NCBI GenBank assembly: GCA_017555825.1 | Contig: JAFZFQ010000018.1 | Coordinates: forward strand, 8,359 to 72,358 | DNA: 64,000 nucleotides | Source of the DNA: Bacteroidaceae bacterium | GTDB taxonomy: Bacteria; Bacteroidota; Bacteroidia; Bacteroidales; Barnesiellaceae_A | Direction: 5' to 3' | Part shown: one piece after another, positions 9,849 through 19,256 of the stretch | How positions within the stretch are numbered: position 1 is the stretch's first letter | Layout of the letters: the number at the start of each line of letters is the position of its first letter | Notes under the pieces: model-generated | The model's database searches: none | What the model saw: the letters and a program-made list of their open reading frames with translations, nothing else | Told to the model about the DNA's origin: nothing | Program-made: the position numbers and the translations under genes

Positions 9849-10547
9849 TTATTCTTCCATAAACTCGATGCCCTCAAGCAACATGTCGCGCAAGGCTCTG
9901 CGGTCGAGTATATGTACCTCATTGATAGTATAATCGATGATTTTCTCTTGTTTCATTTCGGCAAGAGTGTTGAGCAATGCTGTGCGTTGCACACCAAAGT
10001 AGCTATACAGGTCGCGTTGGCGTGCATTGATGTGTATGTCGGTGGCATTGCGCGAGGTGAGGTTGAGTATCCAATAGGCCAATCGCTCGCGCAAGTCGCC
10101 ATTGCTTATCGACAATAGGCTCTCTTTGCTCTTCTGGCTACGGCGCGACAAGATATTGAGCATGTTTATCAAGAAAATAGGCTCATCTTGCATGAAACTC
10201 ATAAAGGTCGATTTGTCTATCTGCATCAAGCCCACCTGCCCCTCGGCATAGTAGTTGCCGGGATAGTGTGTGCTACGACCAAAGATGTGGTCGGGGGCAA
10301 TGATGTCGGGTGCATGCAACGTTTGTATGAGTCTTACTTTGCCATCATAGGTACTCATTTCGCATCGTATGCTTCCCGATAGCAAAAACTTCAAGTGCGT
10401 ACACGCGGTAGCACGTGATGCCACCTTCTCTCCATCTTCATACTTGAGAAAGTGAAAGCGTGTTTTTTCTACCAATTCCAGCAACTTGGCTCGGCTCACT
10501 CCTTGAAACAGAGGTAGCTGCATGAGTGTCTGATATATGTTTTCCAT
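9849..10547 (-). CDS. Crp/Fnr family transcriptional regulator
   Basis: A cNMP-binding-like N-terminus (LPLFQGVSRAKLLELVEKT..) is followed by a C-terminal HTH (..RDLYSYFGVQRTALLNTLAEMKQEKII). I prefer ATG 10547 (MENIYQTL..) over the track start 10634 because a TATTTTTG box sits at 10632-10639. Confidence 0.75.
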   Translation of the reverse strand: MENIYQTLMQLPLFQGVSRAKLLELVEKTRFHFLKYEDGEKVASRATACTHLKFLLSGSIRCEMSTYDGKVRLIQTLHAPDIIAPDHIFGRSTHYPGNYYAEGQVGLMQIDKSTFMSFMQDEPIFLINMLNILSRRSQKSKESLLSISNGDLRERLAYWILNLTSRNATDIHINARQRDLYSYFGVQRTALLNTLAEMKQEKIIDYTINEVHILDRRALRDMLLEGIEFMEE

Positions 10548-10631
10548 ATCTGTTCTTTTAGTATCTATTGTCGCTGTCTTGCACCTTGTTGTAGGTAGCG
10601 GGGTGCGCTCGTCGCAAGGCAACTCATTGCA

Positions 10632-10639
10632 CAAAAATA
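10632..10639 (-). promoter_or_regulatory. candidate Bacteroidetes -7 box (TAnnTTTG)
   Basis: Minus-strand TATTTTTG, 85 nt upstream of ATG 10547. Confidence 0.35.
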
Positions 10640-10776
10640 ATACTTAATTTTTACAATTGCCTATCCGATAAGAAAAAATAACTTTTATCGCCCATGCAGT
10701 GCTCAGTGTTCTCTTGCAACGCATAATTATGTGTAAAAAATCAAACAACTTTGTTCCATCTTCGCATACCTTTCAC

Positions 10777-10784
10777 TATCTTTG
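10777..10784 (+). promoter_or_regulatory. candidate Bacteroidetes -7 box (TAnnTTTG)
   Basis: TATCTTTG, 40 nt upstream of ATG 10824. Confidence 0.45.
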
Positions 10785-10823
10785 CAACCAAATTTATAAA
10801 ACCTATTTAATCCGATTTATTTT

Positions 10824-11444
10824 ATGGGAGAAGCAATGACTTTTCTGAAAGATTTTTTCAGCCATTTCTCTTTTGAAGAAACTATCAGTTCGTTTATCAT
10901 TATGTTTATGGTTATCGATATGGTAGGTCTCACGCCTATTATTATCGACATGCGTCAGAAGGGACGCGAAATCAACCCCACCAAGGCGGCATTGCTTTCG
11001 CTCATTATGTTCTTGGCTTTCCTTTTCTTGGGATCGTCTATATTGGGCTTATTCCATGTCGACGTGTGCTCATTTGCAATCGGTGGTTCTATTGTGCTCT
11101 TCCTCATGGCTGTCGAGATGGTGCTCGATATTGAGATTTTTCGCAATAATGGTCCCACGGGAGCCTCTACAATGGTACCTTTGGTATTTCCCCTCATTGC
11201 GGGTGCCGGCTCGTTCACAACATTGCTCTCGTTGCAATCAATGTATGGCTTGGTCAATATTCTCATAGGTTTGTTGCTCAACATCGTTATCGTGTATCTT
11301 GTGTTGCGCAATATGTATCTCTTGGAGCGCATCCTTGGTAAGAGTGGTGTGTATGTAACACGCAAGTTTTTCGGTGTTATGTTGTTGGCCGTTTCTATCA
11401 AGATGTTCCTCGACAACTTGGTACTTTTCATCGACCGCGTATAA
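10824..11444 (+). CDS. MarC family (UPF0056) integral membrane protein
   Basis: 206 aa with about 6 hydrophobic segments. Size and layout are typical of MarC/NAAT family proteins. ATG 10836 is an alternative start. Confidence 0.7.
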   Translation: MGEAMTFLKDFFSHFSFEETISSFIIMFMVIDMVGLTPIIIDMRQKGREINPTKAALLSLIMFLAFLFLGSSILGLFHVDVCSFAIGGSIVLFLMAVEMVLDIEIFRNNGPTGASTMVPLVFPLIAGAGSFTTLLSLQSMYGLVNILIGLLLNIVIVYLVLRNMYLLERILGKSGVYVTRKFFGVMLLAVSIKMFLDNLVLFIDRV

Positions 11445-11466
11445 GCAATGCTTACAAATAGTTACC

Positions 11467-11494
11467 AACGCCTCCTTTCGGGGGCGTTTTTTTT
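11467..11494 (+). terminator. rho-independent terminator after the MarC-family gene
   Basis: AACGCCTCC-TTTCG-GGGGCGTT followed by an 8-T run. Confidence 0.6.
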
Positions 11495-11587
11495 ATGGCT
11501 TTTTTTATATATATGTATATTTGCAATCGGTTGATATATAATAGGTTGTTGTCTCGCATTGATAAATTGCTAAATTTTCACCCTTTT

Positions 11588-11595
11588 TATATTTG
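11588..11595 (+). promoter_or_regulatory. candidate Bacteroidetes -7 box (TAnnTTTG)
   Basis: TATATTTG, 95 nt upstream of ATG 11690. A second identical box lies at 11516-11523. Confidence 0.35.
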
Positions 11596-11689
11596 TTTTT
11601 TATGTGTTTTATGTGTAAATTCGGGGCTGAATGTAAGCTACATGTATGTGTAGCATGTTGATTTAGTTAACCTGATTCTGTAAATAAAT

Positions 11690-13633
11690 ATGAGCTATCT
11701 TAAGTTTGACAAAAGGCTGATGATAAATCTCGAACAATCGTTGCGCAAAGAGTTGTTGCGCACCAACCGTTCGGGTGCTTATCACTGCACTACTATTGTC
11801 GATTGCAACACTCGCAAGCAACACGGTTTGTTGGTAATGCCTATACCCGAGTTTGACAACGAGAACTATGTGTTGCTTTCTACTCTTGACGAAACTGTTA
11901 TACAGCACGGAGCTCCCTTCAATCTTGGCTTGCACAAGTATCAAGGCGACTGCTTCAGTCCCAACGGACACAAGTATATCAGAGAGTTTAACTGCGATGA
12001 TACCATCAGCAAGACCTATCGCGTAGGTGGTGTTATTCTTACCAAAGAGAAGATTTTTGAGGAGCATCAAAACCGCATCCTCATCAAGTATACTCTCGTC
12101 GATGCACACTCTCCCACAACTTTGCAATTCCGTCCATTCCTCGCTTTCCGTCCTGTCAACGAGTTGTGTATGGAAAACGAAGTTATCGACAAGAGCTATG
12201 AAGAAGTGCCCAACGGTATCAGTTGCTGTCTATACAAGGGTTATCCTCGCTTGTACATGCAATGTAGCAAGAAACCTCAGTTTGTATATGACCCCCATTG
12301 GTACAAGGGCATTGAATATATCAAAGACCAAGAGCGCGGAGTGCCTTATACCGAAGACCTCTATGTGCCCGGATACTTTGAGTTGCCTATCAAAAAGGGC
12401 GAAAGCATTATATTTGCAGCCGGTGTCGAAGAGGCCAAGCCTCGCTCGCTTGCCCGAATATATCAAGAGGAGTACGAAAATCGCACCCCTCGCAACAGTT
12501 TCTTCAACTGTCTCAAAAACTCGGCTCAACAATTCTACCTCAAGCAAGGTCGCGACCTCTACATCCTGGCCGGCTATCCTTGGTTTGGTGTACGTGCCCG
12601 CGACCAATTCATCGCACTGCCCGGTTGCTCGCTGGCTATCGACGACATCAAGGCTTTCGAGTCTACAATGAAGACTGCCGAGCGCGCCCTGCGCAACTTT
12701 ATGAAAGACGGCTCTCAAGACGCCATGATACGCGAGATAGAGATGCCCGACGTGCCCCTATGGGCTATATGGACTATACAGCAATATGCTCGCGAGTTGG
12801 GTACTAAGGCTTGCTACGATAAGTATGGCAAGCTCGTAGCCGACATCCTCACATACATCATCAAAGGTGGTCATCCCAATATGGTAGTTCACCCCAACGG
12901 CTTGGTATATTCAAATGGCCGCGACCGCATCATTTCGTGGATGAACAGCCGTCTCAACGGCAAGCCTGTCAACCCCCGCAGTGGTTATCTTGTTGAGTTC
13001 AATGCTCTGTGGTACAACGCACTGCGATTTGCAAGCAATATGTTTGCCGAGCATGACGACAACGCGACTCGCGTAGAGCAATGGCAAGCCTTGGCCGACA
13101 AGGTTCAAGAGGTATTTGGTCCTACATTCCTCAACGACTATGGCTATCTATACGACTATGTAGATGGTACAATGACCGATTGGAGTGTGCGTCCCAATAT
13201 GCTCATAGCCATTTCGCTCGAATATTCGCCCCTCGACCGCCGTCAGCGCAAAGCAATACTCGATATAGTTACCAAAGAGCTACTCACCCCCAAGGGTATA
13301 CGTTCGCTCAGTCCTAAGAGCTGGGGCTATCGTCCTTGGTATACAGGCTCGCCCGAAGACCGTGCTTTGGCACAACACCAAGGCCCCGCTCGTCCCTGGC
13401 TCATGGGTGTATATGCCGATGCCTACTTGCGCATCTTCGGCATGAGTGGTGTAGCATTTATCGAGCGTATGCTCATCGGCTACGAAGACGACCTCTCCGA
13501 CAAGTGTATAGGTTCACTCTCTGAGATGTTCGATGGCAATCCTCCCTACACAGCTCGTGGTGCTATCAGCGCTGCCAAAAACGTGGGCGAAGTATTGCGC
13601 GTGTTACATTCATTGAAAAAATATAATTTGTAA
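11690..13633 (+). CDS. glycogen debranching enzyme family protein (amylo-alpha-1,6-glucosidase, GDE_N/GDE_C type)
   Basis: 647 aa. The N-terminus (MSYLKFDK..LLRTNRSGAY..T.VDCNTRKQHGLLV) and the (alpha/alpha)6-like C-terminus match bacterial GDE proteins. It is the first gene of a GDE-GT4-GH57 cluster. Confidence 0.8.
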   Translation: MSYLKFDKRLMINLEQSLRKELLRTNRSGAYHCTTIVDCNTRKQHGLLVMPIPEFDNENYVLLSTLDETVIQHGAPFNLGLHKYQGDCFSPNGHKYIREFNCDDTISKTYRVGGVILTKEKIFEEHQNRILIKYTLVDAHSPTTLQFRPFLAFRPVNELCMENEVIDKSYEEVPNGISCCLYKGYPRLYMQCSKKPQFVYDPHWYKGIEYIKDQERGVPYTEDLYVPGYFELPIKKGESIIFAAGVEEAKPRSLARIYQEEYENRTPRNSFFNCLKNSAQQFYLKQGRDLYILAGYPWFGVRARDQFIALPGCSLAIDDIKAFESTMKTAERALRNFMKDGSQDAMIREIEMPDVPLWAIWTIQQYARELGTKACYDKYGKLVADILTYIIKGGHPNMVVHPNGLVYSNGRDRIISWMNSRLNGKPVNPRSGYLVEFNALWYNALRFASNMFAEHDDNATRVEQWQALADKVQEVFGPTFLNDYGYLYDYVDGTMTDWSVRPNMLIAISLEYSPLDRRQRKAILDIVTKELLTPKGIRSLSPKSWGYRPWYTGSPEDRALAQHQGPARPWLMGVYADAYLRIFGMSGVAFIERMLIGYEDDLSDKCIGSLSEMFDGNPPYTARGAISAAKNVGEVLRVLHSLKKYNL

Positions 13634-13639
13634 TATATC

Positions 13640-14905
13640 ATGAAAGCATTAATGTTCGGGTGGGAATTCCCTCCGCATATCCTCGGTGGTCTTGGAACAG
13701 CCAGCTACGGCCTTGTCAAAGGCATGTGGGAGTGTGGAGACATGGACATCACCTTTGTTATACCCAAGCCTCATGGCGATGAAGATACGAGCTTTGCGCG
13801 TATCATCGGTGCCGGCAATACTCCCGTAGCCTGGCGCGACGTAAGCCGTGAGTATGTACAGAATCGTTACGGCTACTGCATGGAGCCCGATTTGTACTTC
13901 CGTCTGCGTGATCATATTTATGCCGACTTCAATTATCTCAACACCAATGATTTGGGTTGTATTGAGTTCTCGGGTCGCTACCCCGATAACCTTATCGAGG
14001 AGATCAACAACTACTCGATTGTGGCCGGCGTCATAGCCCGCGCTACCGAGTTCGATATTATTCACTCGCACGACTGGCTCACATACCCCGCAGGTATACA
14101 TGCCAAGCAAGTCACAGGCAAGCCTCTTGTTATTCACGTGCATGCTACCGACTTCGACCGTAGCCGTGGCAATGTCAATCCCACAGTATTTGCCATCGAG
14201 CGCGATGGTATGTTGAATGCCGACCACATCATCTGTGTGAGCGACCTTACTCGTCAAACAGTTATCGAAAAATACCACATCGATCCTGCCAAGGTCACTA
14301 CTGTACACAATGCTGTTACACCCCTTAGCGACGAGATAAAGGCAATAGAAATGCCTCGTAACACCAAGGATAAGGTGGTTACATTCTTGGGTCGCATCAC
14401 AATGCAGAAGGGTCCCGAGTATTTTGTTGAAGCTGCCGCCCGTGTGCTCGAAAGAACTCGCAATGTGCGCTTCGTTATGGCCGGCAGTGGCGATATGATG
14501 GATCAGATGATTAAGCTCGCTGCTGCACGTGGTATCTCCGACCGTTTCCACTTCCCGGGTTTCCAACGTGGCAAGCAGGTGTATGAAATGCTCAAGGCAA
14601 GTGATGTTTACATGATGCCTTCGGTATCCGAGCCATTTGGTATTTCGCCCCTCGAAGCCATGCAGGTAGGTGTGCCCTCTATTATCTCTAAACAATCGGG
14701 TTGCGCCGAGATTCTTGAGAATGTTATCAAAACCGACTATTGGGATATCGATGCCATGGCCGATGCTATATATTCTATTACTCACAACCAGGCTCTCTAC
14801 GACCACCTACGCATCGAAGGCGAGGCCGAGGTAAACGAGATTAAATGGAAATATGCCGGACAAAAGGTTATCAACATCTACAACGACGTCTTGAAACGTT
14901 ATTAA
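13640..14905 (+). CDS. glycosyltransferase family 4 (glycogen/starch synthase-like)
   Basis: 421 aa. N-terminus FPPHILGGLGTASYGL, and a GT-B C-terminal E..G...EAM motif (PSVSEPFGISPLEAMQVGVP). Confidence 0.8.
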   Translation: MKALMFGWEFPPHILGGLGTASYGLVKGMWECGDMDITFVIPKPHGDEDTSFARIIGAGNTPVAWRDVSREYVQNRYGYCMEPDLYFRLRDHIYADFNYLNTNDLGCIEFSGRYPDNLIEEINNYSIVAGVIARATEFDIIHSHDWLTYPAGIHAKQVTGKPLVIHVHATDFDRSRGNVNPTVFAIERDGMLNADHIICVSDLTRQTVIEKYHIDPAKVTTVHNAVTPLSDEIKAIEMPRNTKDKVVTFLGRITMQKGPEYFVEAAARVLERTRNVRFVMAGSGDMMDQMIKLAAARGISDRFHFPGFQRGKQVYEMLKASDVYMMPSVSEPFGISPLEAMQVGVPSIISKQSGCAEILENVIKTDYWDIDAMADAIYSITHNQALYDHLRIEGEAEVNEIKWKYAGQKVINIYNDVLKRY

Positions 14906-14941
14906 TACACTTTAGTTAGAAAATAAAAAACATAACATATC

Positions 14942-16336
14942 ATGAAAAGTATCTGTTTATACTTCCAGATTCATCAACCGTTCCGTCTCAAACGCTATCG
15001 TTTCTTCGACATCGGTCGCGACCACTATTACTACGACGATTTTGCCAATGACGACGTTATCAACCGTATAGCTCGCAACTCATACTTGCCCACTGTGCAA
15101 GCTATGAAAGAGATGATAGAGACATCGGGCGGTAAATTCAAAGCTGCCATTTCTCTCTCGGGTGTCGTGCTCGAACAGCTCGAAATGTATGTCCCCGAGC
15201 TCATAGATGCTCTCAAAGACCTTGCCAAAACAGGTTGTGTTGAGTTCCTCTCTGAAACATACGCCGATTCGTTGGCCTCGCTTTCTGATATTGAGGAGTT
15301 TCGCGCTCAAGTCAAGGAGCATGACGATAAGATTTTTGCACTATTCGGACAAAAACCCAAAGTATTCCGCAATACCGAGTTGATCTTCTCTGACGAGATT
15401 GCTGCCATGATAGCCTCTATGGGTTTCAAGGGTGTAATAACCGAGGGCGCAAAGCACGTATTGGGTTGGAAGAGCCCCAACTATCTCTACAACTCTATCG
15501 CAGCTCCCAAGCTCAAAATGTTGCTTCGCAACGACAAGTTTACCGATGATATTGTACGTCGATTCTCCGACTACGATTGGACTGAGTATCCTCTCACTGC
15601 CGAGAAGTTTATTTCGTGGGTAGCTGCTACACCTGCCGAGGAGCCCGTGGTAAATATCTTTATGAACTGCGAGACAATGGGCGAGGGTCAAGGTCGTGAA
15701 ACCGGTATCTTCGACTTCTTCAAGGCTTTGCCTGCTTATGCCGAGAAAGCCGGCGTTGGTTTCATTACACCCACCGAGGCTGTTACCAAGTTGCGTCCTG
15801 TCGATGCTTTGTCTGTTCCTTATCCTATGTCTTGGACCGACGAGGCTCGCGATGTGAGCACATGGTTGGGCAACCGCTTGCAAAACGAGGCCTTCCACAA
15901 GCTATATGCTTTGGCCGAGCGCGTGCGCATGTGTGACGACCGTCGCATCAAGCAAGACTGGAACTATCTGCAAGCTGCCGACCACTTCTTCTTCATGTCT
16001 ACCAAGTACGGCTCGGGTCGTAGCTCATACAGCCCCTACGAGAGTCCTTTCGATGCTTTCACCAACTATATGAATGTGTTGAGCGACTTTATCGTACGTG
16101 TTGAGGAGCAATATCCCACTCAAATCGAGAATGAAGAGTTGAATGCTTTGCTCACAACTATACGCAACCAAGCCGAGGAGATACAACAACTCGAAAAAGA
16201 GCTCAAGTCGGCTCGCAACGAGAAGCAATCGGCCAAGAAGGAACCGAAAGCTACTAAGGCTGCCAAAACCGAAGTCGACACTGTAGTTGCCGAGGACAAA
16301 CCCAAGCGCACTTGCAAGCGTACAGCTAAGAAATAA
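14942..16336 (+). CDS. glycoside hydrolase family 57 (alpha-amylase-like) with Lys-rich C-terminal tail
   Basis: 464 aa. The N-terminus MKSICLYFQIHQPFRLKRYRFFDIG is a typical GH57 start. The last ~60 aa are Lys/Ala/Glu-rich (..KQSAKKEPKATKAAKTE..KRTCKRTAKK). Confidence 0.8.
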   Translation: MKSICLYFQIHQPFRLKRYRFFDIGRDHYYYDDFANDDVINRIARNSYLPTVQAMKEMIETSGGKFKAAISLSGVVLEQLEMYVPELIDALKDLAKTGCVEFLSETYADSLASLSDIEEFRAQVKEHDDKIFALFGQKPKVFRNTELIFSDEIAAMIASMGFKGVITEGAKHVLGWKSPNYLYNSIAAPKLKMLLRNDKFTDDIVRRFSDYDWTEYPLTAEKFISWVAATPAEEPVVNIFMNCETMGEGQGRETGIFDFFKALPAYAEKAGVGFITPTEAVTKLRPVDALSVPYPMSWTDEARDVSTWLGNRLQNEAFHKLYALAERVRMCDDRRIKQDWNYLQAADHFFFMSTKYGSGRSSYSPYESPFDAFTNYMNVLSDFIVRVEEQYPTQIENEELNALLTTIRNQAEEIQQLEKELKSARNEKQSAKKEPKATKAAKTEVDTVVAEDKPKRTCKRTAKK

Positions 16337-16361
16337 GTAAACACATACTTGTGGCAATATA

Positions 16362-16401
16362 GCGGAGTACCTTCTTATACAATAAGAGTATTCCGCTTTT
16401 T
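16362..16401 (+). terminator. rho-independent terminator after GH57 gene
   Basis: GCGGAGTAC (16362-16370) / GTATTCCGC (16388-16396, one G-U pair), followed by TTTTT. Confidence 0.55.
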
Positions 16402-16423
16402 GCCCTATAATATATATGTATAT

Positions 16424-17299
16424 ATGGAGACAAAATATTTCCCCGAGTCGGAACTGATTATCAATGCCGACGGTAGTGCATTTCACATACACGTGCGCCC
16501 CGATCAATTGTGCGATAAAATTATCCTCGTAGGCGATCCCGGTCGTGTCGATATGGTGGCTTCCTATTTCGATGAAAAAACTTTCGAGGCTTCGAGCCGT
16601 GAGTTTCACACCATAGGTGGTGTGTACAAGGGAAAGAAGGTGATGTGTATTTCACACGGTATAGGCACCGACAATATCGACATTGTTGTCAATGAGTTGG
16701 ATGCCCTTGCCAACATCGATTTTGAAACCCGACGCGAAAAACCCGAGCATCGCACGCTCTCAATGGTACGCATAGGTACATGTGGAGGTTTGCAGTCCCA
16801 TGTTCCCATCGGTACGCATGTAGTATCCGAGAAGTCTATCGGATTTGATGGTGTGCTCAACTTCTATGCCGGTCGTAACGAGGTGTGCGACTTGGCTTTT
16901 GAAGAAGACTTCTGCAAGTCGGTAGGCTGGAATCCCTTGTGGGCTCATCCCTATGTTATAGACAACGATCCCGACCTTGTCAATCGCATCGATTGTGGTG
17001 ACGTGGTGCGTGGCGTGACTATCTCGGCCAATGGTTTCTACGGCCCTCAAGGTCGCGAACTTCGTGCTCCGCTGGCCGACCCCGACCTCAATGCCAAGAT
17101 ACAAGCCTTCAAGCGCGACCGTTATGTCGTTACCAACTACGAGATGGAGAGCTCGGCTCTTGCAGGCCTTGCCGCTTTGTTGGGTCACAAGGCTATGACT
17201 GTGTGTCTTGTTATTGCCAATCGTGTGGCACATCATTCCAATACAAACTATAAGTCGTCCATGGGCGACCTTATTGTCAAGGTGTTGGATAGAATTTGA
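16424..17299 (+). CDS. nucleoside phosphorylase (PNP/UDP_1 family, uridine phosphorylase-like)
   Basis: The start METKYFPESELIINADGSAFHIHVRPDQL..ILVGDPGRV and the ..VTNYEMESSALAGL motif fit phosphorylase family 1. The track ORF start 16349 lies inside the upstream terminator. Confidence 0.75.
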   Translation: METKYFPESELIINADGSAFHIHVRPDQLCDKIILVGDPGRVDMVASYFDEKTFEASSREFHTIGGVYKGKKVMCISHGIGTDNIDIVVNELDALANIDFETRREKPEHRTLSMVRIGTCGGLQSHVPIGTHVVSEKSIGFDGVLNFYAGRNEVCDLAFEEDFCKSVGWNPLWAHPYVIDNDPDLVNRIDCGDVVRGVTISANGFYGPQGRELRAPLADPDLNAKIQAFKRDRYVVTNYEMESSALAGLAALLGHKAMTVCLVIANRVAHHSNTNYKSSMGDLIVKVLDRI

Positions 17300-17334
17300 T
17301 ATTTGCCCACTCACTACCCATAATTAGCGCATAT

Positions 17335-18315
17335 ATGAAAATCAAACAATTGTTGGCAGGAGTGTTGTTGCTTGTCCAGGTAGGTATTGCATCGGCTACC
17401 TTGCCTGCCACACCCGAGCAGTTGCCCGATAGTGTATACCTGATGGCCTATTTCACATCGCCGGCTCAGCACCTATTCTATGCATGGAGTACCGATGGTC
17501 TGCATTGGCAAGAGGCCAATGGCGGAAATGCCGTCTTTGTAGCCTATGACGATGCAATATGGATGCGTGATCCCTACATAAATAAGGTTACACGCAATGG
17601 CTCTACTACCTATCACCTTGTTCACACATGGGGATGGGACAATCCTGCTATATTTCATTGGCAATCGCACGACCTCATCCATTGGACAGCAGCCGATGGT
17701 GGCACCACCACCGATAGTGGCAAGATTTATGTAATGGATGGCAAGGAGGGTCGCCCTCATGCACCCAATGCCTGGGCGCCCGAGTTTACTTATGTGCCCG
17801 AGGAGGATATGTTCTACATCTATTGGTCGTCGCGTGTCGATGACAGGCAGTTGCACTACGTTACCTCTACACGCGATTGGGTTACATTTTCTACTCCACG
17901 CCCGCTTTTCGATCCCGGCTTTACGGCTATTGACCTCACCGTCGTGCGCGAGGATGGACTCTTTTATGGATACTATAAAGACGAGCGCAACGGCAAGAAA
18001 ACCATTCTTCTCGCTACGACAACAAGTCTCGACCCCGCAGTCGATGTTTTTGTTGGTGCTCATCGAGTGCTCCCCGACGACTATAACATAGAGGTCGAAG
18101 GTCCTACGGTGTTTCGTCGCATAGGGGGCGATGGCTATATAGGCTACTTCGACAAGTTCAATGGCGATGCCGGATTGTCATATATGCAATGCACTACTCT
18201 CTCAAAGGGCGATTGGCAGCTCATTCCCGATGCCAATACCCTCAATGTGCACGAGGTGAAACATGGTAGTGTTGTGGTTATATCGCGCGAAGAGTTGCTC
18301 CTATTGCTCAAGTAG
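17335..18315 (+). CDS. secreted GH43-like (five-bladed beta-propeller) glycoside hydrolase
   Basis: Signal peptide MKIKQLLAGVLLLVQVGIASA. The motifs RDPYI, WAPEF and EGPTVF sit at positions expected for the GH43 catalytic Asp, Asp and Glu. Confidence 0.55.
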   Translation: MKIKQLLAGVLLLVQVGIASATLPATPEQLPDSVYLMAYFTSPAQHLFYAWSTDGLHWQEANGGNAVFVAYDDAIWMRDPYINKVTRNGSTTYHLVHTWGWDNPAIFHWQSHDLIHWTAADGGTTTDSGKIYVMDGKEGRPHAPNAWAPEFTYVPEEDMFYIYWSSRVDDRQLHYVTSTRDWVTFSTPRPLFDPGFTAIDLTVVREDGLFYGYYKDERNGKKTILLATTTSLDPAVDVFVGAHRVLPDDYNIEVEGPTVFRRIGGDGYIGYFDKFNGDAGLSYMQCTTLSKGDWQLIPDANTLNVHEVKHGSVVVISREELLLLLK

Positions 18316-18414
18316 AGTAGGAGAGACTCTATTGGTTGCATATTTTATACTGAATATTGAGGAAATAACGCAAAATATCACAGTCGAAAATTTGTGTAAC
18401 TCGCAAATTGTGTG

Positions 18415-18422
18415 TATCTTTG
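18415..18422 (+). promoter_or_regulatory. candidate Bacteroidetes -7 box (TAnnTTTG)
   Basis: TATCTTTG, 41 nt upstream of ATG 18463. Confidence 0.5.
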
Positions 18423-18462
18423 CACCCGCTAATGCAAAAAACAATTTAAAAACAAATTTCAA

Positions 18463-19017
18463 ATGGCAACAAAAATCAGATTGCAACGCCACGGTCACAA
18501 AGACTATGCGTTTTATCAAATCGTAGTAGCTGATAGCAGGGCGCCACGTGATGGCAAATTTATTGAAAGGGTAGGTTCTTATAATCCGAACACTAATCCT
18601 GCTACAATAAATTTGAATTTCGAGCGTGCTTTGTATTGGCTCAACACTGGTGCTCAACCCACCGACACAGTTCGTAGCATTCTCTCTCGCGAGGGTGTAT
18701 TGTTGAAAAAACACCTCATGGGTGGTGTTAAGAAAGGTGCTTTCACTGAGGAAGTTGCTGAGCAACGTTTCCAAGCTTGGGTTGAGAGCAAAAACAACGC
18801 CGCTTCTGCTTTGAAGAACAAGAACCGCGAGGCTGCTAAGGCCGAAGCTGCTGCTCGTCTCGAGGCTGAGAAAGAGGTTAACAAAGCTATCGCTGAGCGC
18901 GTAGCTAACAAGAAAGCCGAGCTCGCTCGTGCCGCTGCTGAAGCTGCTGCTGCCGCTGCTGCTGAGGCTGCTCCCGCAGAAGAAGCTGCTGAAGCTCCTG
19001 CCGAAAGTGCTGAATAA
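18463..19017 (+). CDS. rpsP: 30S ribosomal protein S16 with Ala/Glu/Lys-rich C-terminal extension
   Basis: [42 protein letters not shown].. is canonical S16. About 100 extra C-terminal residues are low complexity (..[28 protein letters not shown]). Confidence 0.95.
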   Translation: MATKIRLQRHGHKDYAFYQIVVADSRAPRDGKFIERVGSYNPNTNPATINLNFERALYWLNTGAQPTDTVRSILSREGVLLKKHLMGGVKKGAFTEEVAEQRFQAWVESKNNAASALKNKNREAAKAEAAARLEAEKEVNKAIAERVANKKAELARAAAEAAAAAAAEAAPAEEAAEAPAESAE

Positions 19018-19050
19018 TTTTGTACTCTCGTTAGTAACAAACAGCATAGT

Positions 19051-19087
19051 GAGGTTGAGTCTATACAATGACTCAACCTCTTTTTTT
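19051..19087 (+). terminator. rho-independent terminator after rpsP
   Basis: GAGGTTGAGTC / GACTCAACCTC stem (19051-19080), followed by a 7-T run. Confidence 0.75.
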
Positions 19088-19183
19088 ATATACTCTCGGC
19101 ACTTTATTTCTCCGGTAAATTATTGAGCGAATTTTTGTAACAAAAAATATCTTTTTTCGCTACTCAAAATGCTCGATTTTTAT

Positions 19184-19191
19184 TATTTTTG
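19184..19191 (+). promoter_or_regulatory. candidate Bacteroidetes -7 box (TAnnTTTG)
   Basis: TATTTTTG, 66 nt upstream of ATG 19257. Confidence 0.45.
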
Positions 19192-19256
19192 CAAGGTTGT
19201 GGCATAGACTGCAACGCTTTATTTTGAAATGAATTAACAATCTAAATCATAATACA

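Noticed and set aside
16349-16423. 5' extensions of several track ORFs: 16349, 17296, 20944, 34271, 53236, 10634 (-), 1812 (-), 63902 (-).
   Set aside because: The extensions overlap upstream terminators, stops or -7 boxes and lack signal-peptide or domain sense. Internal ATGs give canonical N-termini.
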